Assembly: GCF_041886205.1 (NCBI RefSeq)
Contig: NZ_CP169029.1
Strand: one strand, 5' to 3'
Source of the DNA: Escherichia coli
GTDB taxonomy: Bacteria; Pseudomonadota; Gammaproteobacteria; Enterobacterales; Enterobacteriaceae
DNA length: 64,000 nt
Below are positions 34,990 to 49,282 of the stretch, one piece after another (positions within the stretch are counted from its first letter, which is position 1; each line of letters starts with the position of its first letter). Under the pieces are notes generated by a model. The model did not search any database and had not been told where the DNA came from. It saw nothing but the letters and a program-made list of their open reading frames with translations. Made by a program: the position numbers and the translations under genes.

Positions 34990-36389
34990 ACACTCGCCAG
35001 CTATTGAGCGTCGGTATCGATATCGGCACCACCACCACCCAGGTGATTTTCTCCCACCTGGAACTGGTTAACCGTGCGGCGGTGTCGCAGGTGCCGCGCT
35101 ACGAATTCATCAAACGCGAAATTAGCTGGCAAAGCCCGGTGTACTTTACCCCTGTCGATAAACAGGGTGGTTTAAAAGAAGCGGAACTGAAATCGCTGAT
35201 TTTAGAGCAATATCAGGCTGCGGGCATTGCGCCGGAAAGCGTTGATTCTGGTGCCATCATCATCACCGGTGAAAGCGCGAAAACCCGCAATGCTCGCCCG
35301 GCGGTGATGGCGCTCTCTCAATCGCTGGGGGATTTTGTCGTTGCCAGCGCCGGGCCGCACCTCGAATCCGTGATCGCCGGTCACGGAGCCGGGGCACAAA
35401 CCCTTTCTGAACAACGGCTGTGTCGGGTACTGAATATCGACATCGGCGGTGGCACCGCGAACTACGCCCTGTTCGATGCCGGAAAAATCAGCGGCACCGC
35501 CTGCCTCAACGTCGGTGGTCGCCTGCTGGAAACCGACAGCCAGGGGCGCGTGGTTTACGCTCATAAACCGGGGCAGATGATTGTGGATGAGTGCTTCGGT
35601 GCAGGCACTGACGCCCGTTCGCTGACCGGCGCGCAGCTGGTGCAGGTTACCCGGCGGATGGCGGCGCTGATTGTCGAAGTGATTGACGGAACGCTTTCGC
35701 CGCTCGCGCAGGCATTGATGCAAACCGGTTTGCTGCCCGCAGGTGTTACGCCCGAAATCATTACGCTTTCTGGCGGCGTGGGCGAATGTTATCGCCACCA
35801 GCCCGCCGACCCGTTCTGTTTTGCCGATATTGGCCCACTTCTGGCAACGGCGCTGCATGACCATCCGCGCCTGCGTGAGATGAATGTGCAGTTTCCAGCG
35901 CAAACCGTACGCGCCACGGTGATTGGCGCGGGTGCACATACCCTTTCGCTCTCTGGCAGCACAATCTGGCTGGAGGGCGTACAACTGCCGCTGCGCAATT
36001 TGCCGGTGGCGATCCCAATTGATGAAACGGATCTGGTGTGTGCCTGGCAACAGGCGCTGATTCAGCTGGATCTTGATCCTAAAACTGACGCGTACGTGCT
36101 GGCGCTTCCCGCCTCGCTGCCTGTGCGTTACGCCGCGGTACTGACGGTCATCAACGCGCTGGTCGATTTCGTCGCGCGTTTTCCGAATCCGCATCCCCTG
36201 CTGGTGGTGGCCGGGCAGGACTTTGGTAAAGCTCTGGGCATGTTGTTGCGCCCACAGCTACAACAACTCCCGTTGGCAGTCATTGACGAAGTGATTGTCC
36301 GCGCGGGGGACTATATCGACATTGGTACGCCTCTTTTTGGCGGATCGGTTGTGCCGGTGACGGTGAAATCACTCGCATTTCCTTCCTGA
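34986..36389 (+). CDS. eutA: Ethanolamine ammonia-lyase reactivase EutA
   Basis: 467 aa; GTG start overlapping eutH stop (GTGA); recognised EutA. Confidence 0.9.
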   Translation: MNTRQLLSVGIDIGTTTTQVIFSHLELVNRAAVSQVPRYEFIKREISWQSPVYFTPVDKQGGLKEAELKSLILEQYQAAGIAPESVDSGAIIITGESAKTRNARPAVMALSQSLGDFVVASAGPHLESVIAGHGAGAQTLSEQRLCRVLNIDIGGGTANYALFDAGKISGTACLNVGGRLLETDSQGRVVYAHKPGQMIVDECFGAGTDARSLTGAQLVQVTRRMAALIVEVIDGTLSPLAQALMQTGLLPAGVTPEIITLSGGVGECYRHQPADPFCFADIGPLLATALHDHPRLREMNVQFPAQTVRATVIGAGAHTLSLSGSTIWLEGVQLPLRNLPVAIPIDETDLVCAWQQALIQLDLDPKTDAYVLALPASLPVRYAAVLTVINALVDFVARFPNPHPLLVVAGQDFGKALGMLLRPQLQQLPLAVIDEVIVRAGDYIDIGTPLFGGSVVPVTVKSLAFPS

Positions 36390-36400
36390 GGGAACGACTT

Positions 36401-37762
36401 ATGAAACTAAAGACCACATTGTTCGGCAATGTATATCAGTTTAAGGATGTAAAAGAGGTGCTGGCTAAAGCCAACGAACTGCGTTCGGGGGATGTGCTGG
36501 CGGGCGTTGCAGCGGCAAGCTCACAGGAGCGCGTGGCGGCAAAGCAGGTGTTGTCGGAAATGACCGTAGCGGACATCCGCAATAATCCGGTAATTGCCTA
36601 TGAAGATGACTGCGTGACGCGGCTGATTCAGGACGATGTTAACGAAACGGCCTACAACCAGATTAAAAACTGGAGCATCAGCGAACTGCGTGAGTATGTG
36701 CTGAGCGATGAAACCAGCGTGGACGACATTGCCTTTACCCGCAAAGGGCTGACCTCGGAAGTGGTCGCGGCGGTAGCGAAGATTTGCTCCAACGCGGACC
36801 TGATCTACGGCGCGAAGAAAATGCCGGTAATCAAAAAGGCCAATACCACCATCGGTATTCCGGGCACCTTTAGCGCCCGTTTGCAGCCAAATGACACCCG
36901 TGACGACGTGCAAAGTATCGCCGCGCAAATCTACGAAGGGCTTTCCTTCGGGGTGGGTGATGCGGTGATCGGCGTTAACCCGGTGACAGACGACGTGGAA
37001 AACTTAAGCCGCGTGTTGGACACCATTTATGGCGTGATCGACAAATTCAACATCCCAACTCAGGGCTGCGTACTGGCGCACGTCACCACCCAGATCGAAG
37101 CGATTCGTCGCGGCGCACCAGGCGGGCTGATTTTCCAGAGTATCTGTGGCAGCGAAAAAGGGCTGAAAGAGTTTGGCGTGGAACTGGCGATGCTCGATGA
37201 AGCACGCGCAGTGGGCGCGGAGTTCAACCGTATCGCCGGGGAAAACTGCCTCTACTTCGAAACCGGGCAGGGTTCTGCGCTATCCGCTGGCGCTAACTTC
37301 GGCGCAGACCAGGTGACGATGGAAGCACGTAACTATGGGCTGGCGCGTCATTACGATCCGTTTATCGTCAACACCGTGGTCGGCTTTATTGGGCCGGAGT
37401 ATCTCTACAACGATCGCCAGATTATCCGTGCGGGCTTAGAAGATCACTTTATGGGCAAGCTGAGCGGCATCTCTATGGGCTGTGACTGCTGCTACACCAA
37501 CCACGCTGACGCTGACCAGAACCTCAACGAAAACCTGATGATCCTGCTCGCCACCGCAGGCTGCAACTACATCATGGGGATGCCGCTGGGCGATGACATC
37601 ATGCTCAACTATCAGACCACCGCATTCCACGACACTGCCACTGTGCGTCAGTTACTCAACCTGCGCCCGTCACCGGAGTTTGAACGCTGGCTGGAAAGCA
37701 TGGGCATTATGGCAAACGGTCGCCTGACCAAACGGGCGGGCGATCCGTCACTGTTCTTCTGA
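36401..37762 (+). CDS. eutB: Ethanolamine ammonia-lyase large subunit EutB
   Basis: 453 aa; recognised EutB; begins 11 bp after eutA stop. Confidence 0.93.
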   Translation: MKLKTTLFGNVYQFKDVKEVLAKANELRSGDVLAGVAAASSQERVAAKQVLSEMTVADIRNNPVIAYEDDCVTRLIQDDVNETAYNQIKNWSISELREYVLSDETSVDDIAFTRKGLTSEVVAAVAKICSNADLIYGAKKMPVIKKANTTIGIPGTFSARLQPNDTRDDVQSIAAQIYEGLSFGVGDAVIGVNPVTDDVENLSRVLDTIYGVIDKFNIPTQGCVLAHVTTQIEAIRRGAPGGLIFQSICGSEKGLKEFGVELAMLDEARAVGAEFNRIAGENCLYFETGQGSALSAGANFGADQVTMEARNYGLARHYDPFIVNTVVGFIGPEYLYNDRQIIRAGLEDHFMGKLSGISMGCDCCYTNHADADQNLNENLMILLATAGCNYIMGMPLGDDIMLNYQTTAFHDTATVRQLLNLRPSPEFERWLESMGIMANGRLTKRAGDPSLFF

Positions 37763-37782
37763 TGACGCGGAGATAACACATC

Positions 37783-38667
37783 ATGGATCAAAAACAGATT
37801 GAAGAAATTGTACGCAGCGTGATGGCGTCAATGGGACAAGCGGCCCCCGCGCCGTCAGAAGCAAAGTGCGCCACCACCTGTGCGGCACCGGTGACCTCGG
37901 AAAGCTGCGCGCTGGATTTAGGCTCTGCGGAAGCAAAAGCGTGGATTGGCGTTGAAAACCCGCATCGCGCAGACGTATTAACAGAACTGCGCCGCAGCAC
38001 CGTGGCCCGCGTTTGTACCGGTCGTGCCGGTCCGCGTCCACGTACTCAGGCGCTGCTGCGTTTCCTGGCCGATCACTCTCGTTCGAAAGATACCGTACTG
38101 AAAGAAGTGCCGGAAGAGTGGGTGAAAGCACAAGGCTTGTTGGAAGTCCGCTCCGAAATTAGCGACAAAAATCTCTACCTGACTCGCCCGGATATGGGCC
38201 GCCGCCTGTGTGCAGAAGCTGTTGAAGCGCTGAAAGCACAGTGTGTTGCTAATCCGGACGTACAGGTCGTTATTTCTGATGGCCTGTCAACTGATGCGAT
38301 CACCGTGAACTACGAAGAGATCCTGCCACCGCTGATGGCGGGCCTGAAACAGGCCGGGCTGAAAGTCGGCACGCCATTCTTTGTTCGTTATGGTCGCGTG
38401 AAGATTGAAGATCAGATCGGTGAGATCCTCGGCGCGAAAGTAGTGATCCTGTTAGTGGGCGAACGCCCGGGATTAGGGCAGTCAGAAAGCCTCTCCTGCT
38501 ACGCCGTTTACTCACCGCGTATGGCGACCACCGTTGAGGCCGATCGCACCTGCATCTCAAACATTCACCAGGGCGGCACGCCGCCGGTTGAAGCCGCAGC
38601 GGTAATTGTGGATTTGGCGAAACGAATGCTGGAGCAGAAAGCATCCGGCATCAACATGACCCGATAA
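37783..38667 (+). CDS. eutC: Ethanolamine ammonia-lyase small subunit EutC
   Basis: 294 aa; recognised EutC. Confidence 0.92.
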   Translation: MDQKQIEEIVRSVMASMGQAAPAPSEAKCATTCAAPVTSESCALDLGSAEAKAWIGVENPHRADVLTELRRSTVARVCTGRAGPRPRTQALLRFLADHSRSKDTVLKEVPEEWVKAQGLLEVRSEISDKNLYLTRPDMGRRLCAEAVEALKAQCVANPDVQVVISDGLSTDAITVNYEEILPPLMAGLKQAGLKVGTPFFVRYGRVKIEDQIGEILGAKVVILLVGERPGLGQSESLSCYAVYSPRMATTVEADRTCISNIHQGGTPPVEAAAVIVDLAKRMLEQKASGINMTR

Positions 38668-38676
38668 GGAGGCATC

Positions 38677-39336
38677 ATGCCAGCTTTAGATTTGATTCGA
38701 CCGTCGGTAACCGCCATGCGGGTGATTGCCTCCGTTAACGCCGAATTTGCGCGTGAACTAAAATTGCCGCCGCATATTCGTAGCCTTGGGCTGATTTCTG
38801 CCGACTCCGATGACGTCACCTACATTGCCGCTGACGAAGCGACCAAACAGGCGATGGTCGAAGTGGTGTATGGCCGCTCGCTGTATGCGGGAGCTGCACA
38901 CGGACCGTCACCGACTGCCGGTGAAGTGCTGATTATACTGGGTGGGCCAAACCCGGCGGAAGTGCGTGCCGGTCTGGATGCGATGGTTGCACATATTGAA
39001 AATGGCGCTGCTTTCCAGTGGGCTAATGACGCAGAAAACACCGCATTCCTGGCACATGTAGTTTCGCGTACCGGTTCTTATCTCTCATCAACCGCCGGGA
39101 TCACGCTTGGCGATCCGATGGCGTATCTGGTGGCACCGCCGCTGGAAGCGACCTACGGCATTGATGCAGCGTTGAAATCTGCCGACGTACAGCTGGTGAC
39201 CTATGTCCCGCCACCGTCTGAAACCAACTACTCGGCAGCATTTTTAACCGGTAGCCAGGCCGCGTGTAAAGCAGCCTGTAACGCCTTTACCGATGCAGTG
39301 CTGGAAATCGCGCGTAATCCAATCCAGCGTGCGTAA
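38677..39336 (+). CDS. eutL: Microcompartment shell protein EutL (tandem BMC domains)
   Basis: 219 aa; recognised EutL. Confidence 0.92.
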   Translation: MPALDLIRPSVTAMRVIASVNAEFARELKLPPHIRSLGLISADSDDVTYIAADEATKQAMVEVVYGRSLYAGAAHGPSPTAGEVLIILGGPNPAEVRAGLDAMVAHIENGAAFQWANDAENTAFLAHVVSRTGSYLSSTAGITLGDPMAYLVAPPLEATYGIDAALKSADVQLVTYVPPPSETNYSAAFLTGSQAACKAACNAFTDAVLEIARNPIQRA

Positions 39337-39348
39337 CGGAGGTTGCCG

Positions 39349-39849
39349 ATGATCAATGCACTGGGATTGCTGGAAGTGGACGGCATGGTCGCCGCGATAG
39401 ATGCAGCGGATGCCATGCTCAAAGCAGCTAACGTTCGTCTGCTCAGTCACGAAGTGCTTGACCCTGGTCGCTTAACGCTGGTGGTGGAAGGCGATCTGGC
39501 GGCGTGTCGTGCGGCGCTGGACGCAGGTTGTGCTGCCGCGATGCGTACCGGGCGTGTCATCAGCCGCAAGGAGATCGGTCGGCCAGACGATGACACCCAG
39601 TGGCTGGTTACTGGCTTTAACCGCCAGCCGAAGCAACCCGTAAAGGAACCCGACGCGCCAGTTATCGTCGCCGAATCTGCTGACGAGTTGTTGGCGCTGT
39701 TAACATCAGTACGTCAGGGAATGACGGCAGGAGAAGTGGCTGCCCACTTTGGCTGGCCGCTGGAAAAAGCCAGAAATGCGCTCGAACAGCTCTTTTCTGC
39801 CGGGACGTTACGTAAACGCAGTAGTCGTTATCGTCTCAAGCCCCATTAA
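39349..39849 (+). CDS. eutK: Microcompartment shell protein EutK (BMC domain plus C-terminal helix-turn-helix-like tail)
   Basis: 166 aa from MINALGLLEVDGMVAAIDAADAM; ACGGAGG RBS 7 nt upstream of ATG 39349. Confidence 0.9.
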   Translation: MINALGLLEVDGMVAAIDAADAMLKAANVRLLSHEVLDPGRLTLVVEGDLAACRAALDAGCAAAMRTGRVISRKEIGRPDDDTQWLVTGFNRQPKQPVKEPDAPVIVAESADELLALLTSVRQGMTAGEVAAHFGWPLEKARNALEQLFSAGTLRKRSSRYRLKPH

Positions 39850-39894
39850 CCTGTCGGAGGTGCCGGGTGTCCTACAACACCCGGCATTAACATC

Positions 39895-40947
39895 ATGAAA
39901 AAGACCCGTACAGCCAATTTGCACCATCTTTATCATGAACCCTTACCCGAAAACCTGAAGCTCACGCCGAAGGTCGAAGTGGATAATGTTCATCAACGAC
40001 AGACAACGGATGTCTATGAACATGCTTTAACGATTACCGCCTGGCAGCAGATTTACGATCAGCTGCATCCGGGCAAGTTTCATGGTGAATTTACGGAAAT
40101 TCTACTCGATGATATTCAGGTTTTTCGTGAATACACCGGTCTGGCGCTGCGTCAGTCGTGCCTGGTCTGGCCGAACTCGTTCTGGTTTGGCATTCCGGCG
40201 ACGCGCGGTGAGCAGGGATTTATCGGTTCGCAATGTCTGGGAAGCGCGGAAATCGCCACCCGCCCTGGTGGCACTGAATTTGAACTGAGCACGCCGGATG
40301 ATTACACGATCCTGAGCGTGGTGCTTTCTGAAGATGTCATCACCCGGCAGGCTAACTTTTTGCATAACCCGGATCGGGTATTACATATGCTGCGTAGCCA
40401 GTCGGCGCTGGAAGTGAAAGAGCAGCATAAAGCCGCGCTGTGGGGCTTTGTCCAACAGGCGCTGGCGACGTTTTGCGAGAACCCGGAAAATCTCCATCAG
40501 CCTGCAGTGCGAAAAGTGCTGGGGGATAATTTGCTAATGGCGATGGGGGCGATGCTGGAAGACGCGCAACCAATGGTGACGGCGGAAAGCATCAGCCATC
40601 AGAGCTACCGTAGATTACTTTCCCGCGCCCGTGAATATGTGCTGGAAAATATGTCTGAGCCGGTGACGGTGCTGGACTTGTGTAATCAACTGCATGTCAG
40701 TCGCCGCACGCTACAAAACGCGTTTCACGCTATTTTAGGCATTGGCCCAAACGCGTGGCTGAAACGCATTCGCCTGAACGCCGTACGCCGCGAACTGATA
40801 AGCCCGTGGTCGCAAAGCACAACGGTAAAAGACGCCGCCATGCAGTGGGGATTCTGGCATCTGGGGCAATTTGCCACGGATTACCAGCAGCTGTTTGCCG
40901 AGAAGCCGTCGTTGACGTTGCATCAGCGGATGCGGGAATGGGGGTGA
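39895..40947 (+). CDS. eutR: AraC-family transcriptional activator of the eut operon, EutR
   Basis: 350 aa; C-terminal AraC-type HTH; recognised EutR. Confidence 0.92.
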   Translation: MKKTRTANLHHLYHEPLPENLKLTPKVEVDNVHQRQTTDVYEHALTITAWQQIYDQLHPGKFHGEFTEILLDDIQVFREYTGLALRQSCLVWPNSFWFGIPATRGEQGFIGSQCLGSAEIATRPGGTEFELSTPDDYTILSVVLSEDVITRQANFLHNPDRVLHMLRSQSALEVKEQHKAALWGFVQQALATFCENPENLHQPAVRKVLGDNLLMAMGAMLEDAQPMVTAESISHQSYRRLLSRAREYVLENMSEPVTVLDLCNQLHVSRRTLQNAFHAILGIGPNAWLKRIRLNAVRRELISPWSQSTTVKDAAMQWGFWHLGQFATDYQQLFAEKPSLTLHQRMREWG

Positions 40948-40952
40948 GGGAG

Positions 40953-41855
<903 letters not shown>

Positions 41856-42725
41856 TTATCGCTTTTTCGAATGTGCTTTCTGGTTGTCGAACCAGTGGAA
41901 ATAACTGATCACGCCTTCAGCAATCGCTGTGGCGATTTTCTGACGAAACGCCGCCGTGCCTAACAGCCGCTCTTCTTCCGGGTTGGTGATAAACGAGGTT
42001 TCCACCAGCACCGAAGGAACCGACGGCGATTTCAACACCACAAACGCGGCTTGTTCGGTGTTGCGGCTGTGCAGTTTATGCACCGGCTTAATCTTCTTCA
42101 GAATATGCGAGCCAAGCGTCAGGCTGTTTTTAATAGTATCGGTTTGCACCAGATCAAACAGCACTTGCTGCAATAGGTGATCCTTGTCAGTCGCCTTTTT
42201 ACCGGCAACTTCATCGGCGCGGTTTTCGCGTTCAGACAGGTATTTCGCCATTGCGCTACTTGCCCCACGGTTAGAGAGGGCAAATACCGAAGCACCGGCA
42301 GCTTTCGGGTTGGTAAAGCCATCGGCATGAATTGACATAAACAGATCTGCGCCATGTTTATGGGCGATTTCAACGCGATCGTAAAGTGGGATAAACGTAT
42401 CGCCAGAACGCGTTAAACGCGCATCAATCCCATGATTACGCAAAATGGAACGGACGTTTTTAGCAATCGCCAGCACCACATGTTTTTCTTTCGAACCGTT
42501 GCGTCCAATCGCTCCGGTATCAATTCCGCCGTGGCCTGGATCGAGAACAACGACACGTTTGCCGCCAGATTTTTTGGCTTTCGGCTTGCTGTGTCCGTTG
42601 CTGGTTTTTAAAGGTTCGTCTTTGGCGATGGCTTGCGACATTCCTGACAACGTCAGGGCAGCCAAACCGGCTTTCAGCACCTGGCGGCGCGAAGTGAGTG
42701 TTTTTAGTGGTTTAAAAGTGCTCAT
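41856..42725 (-). CDS. amiA: N-acetylmuramoyl-L-alanine amidase AmiA
   Basis: 289 aa; Tat signal (SRRQVLKAG); Amidase_3 domain; 3 bp upstream of hemF. Confidence 0.92.
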   Translation of the reverse strand: MSTFKPLKTLTSRRQVLKAGLAALTLSGMSQAIAKDEPLKTSNGHSKPKAKKSGGKRVVVLDPGHGGIDTGAIGRNGSKEKHVVLAIAKNVRSILRNHGIDARLTRSGDTFIPLYDRVEIAHKHGADLFMSIHADGFTNPKAAGASVFALSNRGASSAMAKYLSERENRADEVAGKKATDKDHLLQQVLFDLVQTDTIKNSLTLGSHILKKIKPVHKLHSRNTEQAAFVVLKSPSVPSVLVETSFITNPEEERLLGTAAFRQKIATAIAEGVISYFHWFDNQKAHSKKR

Positions 42726-42938
42726 ACGGCCTGAGTTGTAATAATAAAGTTCCAGATGTTATATCGTATCGCGTAATCCGTTACGACGGTTTGATGTTGA
42801 GAATTGTTTTACTTTTCATTTCAATAGTTGACAACTCCCCATTATGCCACTTTTTCAACCGATTTTCGTCAGATATTGGCTAATTCGACCGTTCACGCCA
42901 TAATCAGCCTTTTAACCCGCAAAAAGGTAACGAATACC

Positions 42939-43364
42939 ATGGAGATACGCGTATTTCGCCAGGAAGATTTCGAAGAGGTCATCACCCTTTGGGAGCGTTG
43001 CGACTTGCTGCGTCCGTGGAACGATCCGGAAATGGACATCGAGCGTAAGATGATCCATGACGTCAGTTTGTTTCTGGTCGCTGAGGTGAACGGTGAAGTG
43101 GTCGGAACGGTGATGGGTGGTTATGACGGGCATCGCGGGTCTGCTTATTATCTTGGCGTGCATCCTGAGTTTCGTGGGCGTGGGATTGCCAATGCGTTGC
43201 TTAACCGGCTGGAGAAAAAGCTGATTGCTCGCGGCTGTCCGAAAATTCAGATCAATGTGCCGGAAGATAACGACATGGTGCTCGGAATGTATGAACGCCT
43301 GGGATATGAACACGCCGACGTGCTGAGTCTGGGTAAGCGTTTGATTGAAGATGAAGAGTACTGA
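42939..43364 (+). CDS. ypeA: GNAT-family acetyltransferase YpeA
   Basis: 141 aa from [14 protein letters not shown]; GNAT motif [10 protein letters not shown]; ORF track extends 37 codons upstream. Confidence 0.88.
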   Translation: MEIRVFRQEDFEEVITLWERCDLLRPWNDPEMDIERKMIHDVSLFLVAEVNGEVVGTVMGGYDGHRGSAYYLGVHPEFRGRGIANALLNRLEKKLIARGCPKIQINVPEDNDMVLGMYERLGYEHADVLSLGKRLIEDEEY

Positions 43365-43800
43365 GTTCCATCCTGTCCATTATGATGCGCACGGTCGCCT
43401 GCGTTTACCCTTGCTCTTCTGGCTTGTGCTATTGCTTCAGGCGCGAACCTGGGTGCTGTTTGTCATTGCCGGTGCGTCGCGCGAGCAGGGTACTGCGCTG
43501 CTAAATCTGTTTTATCCCGATCACGATAATTTCTGGCTGGGGCTGATTCCTGGCATTCCGGCGGTGCTGGCGTTTTTGTTGAGCGGTCGGCGGGCTACGT
43601 TTCCTCGCACCTGGCGTGTACTCTATTTTCTGTTGCTGTTGGCGCAGGTGGTTTTACTTTGCTGGCAACCGTGGCTGTGGCTGAACGGTGAATCCGTTAG
43701 CGGTATCGGTCTGGCGCTGGTAGTGGCGGATATTGTGGCGTTAATCTGGCTGCTGACCAATCGACGTTTACGCGCTTGTTTTAATGAAGAAAAAGAATAA
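43345..43800 (+). CDS. yfeZ: Inner membrane protein YfeZ
   Basis: About 150 aa hydrophobic protein; start ambiguous (ATG 43345 or 43351); overlaps ypeA 3' end. Confidence 0.82.
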   Translation: MKMKSTEFHPVHYDAHGRLRLPLLFWLVLLLQARTWVLFVIAGASREQGTALLNLFYPDHDNFWLGLIPGIPAVLAFLLSGRRATFPRTWRVLYFLLLLAQVVLLCWQPWLWLNGESVSGIGLALVVADIVALIWLLTNRRLRACFNEEKE

Positions 43801-43860
43801 CGGCACTTTTTGGTGAATTTGCACTCCAAGCAACGTTATTGAATAACCAAAGGAAGTGAC

Positions 43861-44436
43861 ATGAAATCGCTGCGTTTAATGTTATGCGCTATGCCGTTGA
43901 TGCTGACCGGCTGTTCCACGATGTCGTCAGTTAACTGGTCTGCCGCTAATCCGTGGAACTGGTTTGGATCGTCCACCAAAGTGAGCGAGCAGGGCGTTGG
44001 TGAATTAACGGCGTCCACACCACTGCAAGAACAAGCCATTGCCGATGCGCTTGATGGCGATTATCGCCTGCGCAGCGGAATGAAAACCGCGAACGGCAAC
44101 GTGGTGCGCTTTTTTGAAGTGATGAAGGGCGACAACGTGGCGATGGTGATTAACGGCGATCAAGGCACGATCAGTCGCATTGACGTGCTGGATAGCGATA
44201 TTCCTGCTGACACCGGTGTTAAAATCGGTACATCGTTTAGCGACCTTTACAGCAAAGCATTTGGCAATTGCCAAAAAGCTGATGGTGATGATAACCGTGC
44301 CGTCGAATGTAAAGCCGAAGGCAGTCAACATATTAGCTACCAGTTCAGCGGGGAATGGCGTGGTCCTGAAGGGTTAATGCCTTCGGACGATACCCTGAAA
44401 AACTGGAAAGTCAGTAAAATTATCTGGCGGCGTTAA
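43861..44436 (+). CDS. yfeY: Lipoprotein YfeY
   Basis: 191 aa; signal peptide with LTGCS lipobox; recognised YfeY. Confidence 0.88.
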   Translation: MKSLRLMLCAMPLMLTGCSTMSSVNWSAANPWNWFGSSTKVSEQGVGELTASTPLQEQAIADALDGDYRLRSGMKTANGNVVRFFEVMKGDNVAMVINGDQGTISRIDVLDSDIPADTGVKIGTSFSDLYSKAFGNCQKADGDDNRAVECKAEGSQHISYQFSGEWRGPEGLMPSDDTLKNWKVSKIIWRR

Positions 44437-44447
44437 TTTGCGTCTGA

Positions 44448-45431
<984 letters not shown>

Positions 45432-45451
45432 GCGTTTCTGATTCGATGATG

Positions 45452-45488
45452 AAAGGCCAGGCAGTAACATTACTGACTGGCCTTTTTA
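45452..45488 (+). terminator. Rho-independent terminator downstream of yfeX (also abuts yfeW 3' end)
   Basis: aaaggccag...ctggccttt stem followed by TTTTATT. Confidence 0.65.
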
Positions 45489-46790
45489 TTACTGCTTTAA
45501 CGCCGCATACACCTGATCAACCACCCAACCATAAGTTGCAATCGGCAGCTGACCGCTTACGAACATATTGGGATTTTTTTGTGGATCGGCAACTGGCGAA
45601 TGTGGCTTGTTGCTTAACATCACAATCGCCATATGATTCACCGGATCGATAACGGTCACCGTTCCAGTCCAGCCAGTGTGACCGTAGGTTTGCGGGCTTG
45701 CCAGCGTGCCAAACGTCGGCGTCATGGTGGCATTACCATTCACGCGCCAGCCGAGGCCAAAAGTGGCGTCTTCCTTAGAGCTGGTGGTGAACATCTTCAC
45801 CGTTTCCGCACTGAACAACTGCACATCGCCATAGCCGCCGCCGTTCAGCATCGTTTGCATTAACACCGCAATATCGCCGGTATTGGAAAACAAACCTGCG
45901 TGCCCGGAAACACCGCCCATCGAATAAAAGGCTTTTTCATCGTGCACCTGACCCCAGAGAGTTGAGGTGCGGATATTCGGGAAGTGGATCACGCCATCGC
46001 GGGTATTGCCGTTCAGTTCCGTAGCAGCGATTTGCTGCGGTTTAAAGCCTTTCAGCAGCGGATTAAACACCGTATGCGTCAGACCGAGCGGGCGATAAAT
46101 CGACTCTTCAACATAGCGGTCAAGCGGCTGACCGGTGACCGACTCGACGATAAATCCAAGCAGCATATAATCGACATCGCTGTAGATATGCTTGCTGCCG
46201 GGCTGATACTCCAGCGGCGTGCGCTTGATCATCTCCAGCGTCTGGCCTTTATCCTGGGAATATAACGCGCCCGCGACCGCTTTATTCGGATATTGTGGGT
46301 CCGCCGGGAAACCGCCGCTGTGATGCAGCAGGTCAGAAATCCGCAGGGTGTTTTTGCCTTTGATGGTGTCATTTGGACTATCGGCAAATCCCGGAATATA
46401 TTTCGCAATCCGATCGTCAGGATGCAGCTTGCCTTCGCTCATTAGCTTTTGCAGAGCAAAGTTTGTGGCGTACATCTTGGTATTGGAAGCCAGGTCATAC
46501 AGCGTCCCGGTGGTGGCTTTGACAGGCTGTTCCATCAATACGCTGCCATCGTACTTTTTCGCCGCTCCCCAGGCTTTGCGATACACAATCTGATTATCTT
46601 TTATAATCAGCAGGTTTACGCCGGGATAACCGGCGTCCACTTGCTGGCTAATCCAGCGATCCATCTGGTTAAGCCGTTCGACGTTGAACCCTGCTTTCTC
46701 TGGCGAACTTTCTGTCAGAACAGGGAATTTTGCGGCGCTGACGCTACAACTAACAGCCAGCAGAGAAAGATAGAGCATTGTCCGTTTCAT
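45489..46790 (-). CDS. yfeW: Penicillin-binding protein 4B (class C beta-lactamase fold, DD-peptidase family) YfeW
   Basis: About 433 aa from the internal MKRTMLYLSLLAVSCSVSAAK (signal peptide); SxxK motif ASNTK; ORF track extends 29 codons upstream across the murP 3' end. Confidence 0.85.
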   Translation of the reverse strand: MKRTMLYLSLLAVSCSVSAAKFPVLTESSPEKAGFNVERLNQMDRWISQQVDAGYPGVNLLIIKDNQIVYRKAWGAAKKYDGSVLMEQPVKATTGTLYDLASNTKMYATNFALQKLMSEGKLHPDDRIAKYIPGFADSPNDTIKGKNTLRISDLLHHSGGFPADPQYPNKAVAGALYSQDKGQTLEMIKRTPLEYQPGSKHIYSDVDYMLLGFIVESVTGQPLDRYVEESIYRPLGLTHTVFNPLLKGFKPQQIAATELNGNTRDGVIHFPNIRTSTLWGQVHDEKAFYSMGGVSGHAGLFSNTGDIAVLMQTMLNGGGYGDVQLFSAETVKMFTTSSKEDATFGLGWRVNGNATMTPTFGTLASPQTYGHTGWTGTVTVIDPVNHMAIVMLSNKPHSPVADPQKNPNMFVSGQLPIATYGWVVDQVYAALKQ

Positions 46791-46794
46791 GATA

Positions 46795-48219
<1,425 letters not shown>

Positions 48220-48222
48220 GGG

Positions 48223-49119
48223 TTATTCCTTGTCTAAAACCTGACGAATAAAGCCGCCGTGTTGATCCAGGCGTTTTTTAGCTTCTGCGGCATCGAGATT
48301 TTTCAGCACCATCACAATGGCCGTTTTACAGTTGCGCTCGCAGGCAATTAACGCCGCTTCCGCTTGTTCGGCATTACATCCGGTGGCGTTTTTAACGATA
48401 TTGACCTGGCGCACATGCAGTTTTTCGTTGGTGGCGACCACATCGACCATCAGGTTGCCGAACACTTTGCCAGATTTAATCATCAGCCCGGTGGAGAGCA
48501 TATTGAGCACCAGTTTCTGCGCTGTACCTGCTTTCATCCGCGAAGAACCGGTAACCACTTCGGCACCTACAATCGGTGTAATGGCAAACTCTGCGGTGGT
48601 TGAAACGGCGCTCCCCGGATTACAGGAAATTCCCACTGTGCGGCAGCCGAGCTGGCGTGCGTATTCCAGTCCGGCAATTACATACGGCGTGCGACCACTG
48701 GCCGCAATACCAACCACCACATCCTGTGCCGTTAAATTAATATTTTTCAGATCGTTAACACCACCTTCCCGGCTATCTTCAGCGCCTTCCACCGCGTGCT
48801 GAATGGCATATTCGCCTCCAGCAATCAAACCAACCACCAGACCCGGTTTAACGCCGTAGGTGGGCGGACATTCGCTGGCATCCAGAATCCCCAGACGACC
48901 GGATGTTCCCGCACCGAGATAAATCAGACGACCGCCGCCGCTGACCTGGGCGTGGATAACATCGATCGCCGCGGCGATATCCGGCAGGACGCGCTCAACG
49001 GCAAGCGGTACGGTTTTATCTTCATCGTTGATAATCCGGCACATTTCCAGCGTCGATACGCGGTCAATTTCAGCCGAGGCGGTGTTCGAGCCTTCAGTAA
49101 TCATCTTTTCTAGTTGCAT
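48223..49119 (-). CDS. murQ: N-acetylmuramic acid 6-phosphate etherase
   Basis: 298 aa SIS-domain protein; recognised MurQ. Confidence 0.92.
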
Positions 49120-49222
49120 CGGTGGTGACCTTACTATTTACGATCAAATAATTGCAGATGTATGGAATCATATATCCCGAATTGACAGACTTAAAGGAAT
49201 CATTGAGTCTACACTCGCAGAG

Positions 49223-49238
49223 TGTGAAGAGCGTCATA
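49223..49238. promoter_or_regulatory. Candidate CRP site in murQ-murR divergent promoter region
   Basis: TGTGA-agagcg-TCATA, close to CRP consensus TGTGA-N6-TCACA. Confidence 0.5.
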
Positions 49239-49282
49239 AGAACTTAAGCTGAATTTTTGCTGCCAGCCCAGGAGAGTGGAAG

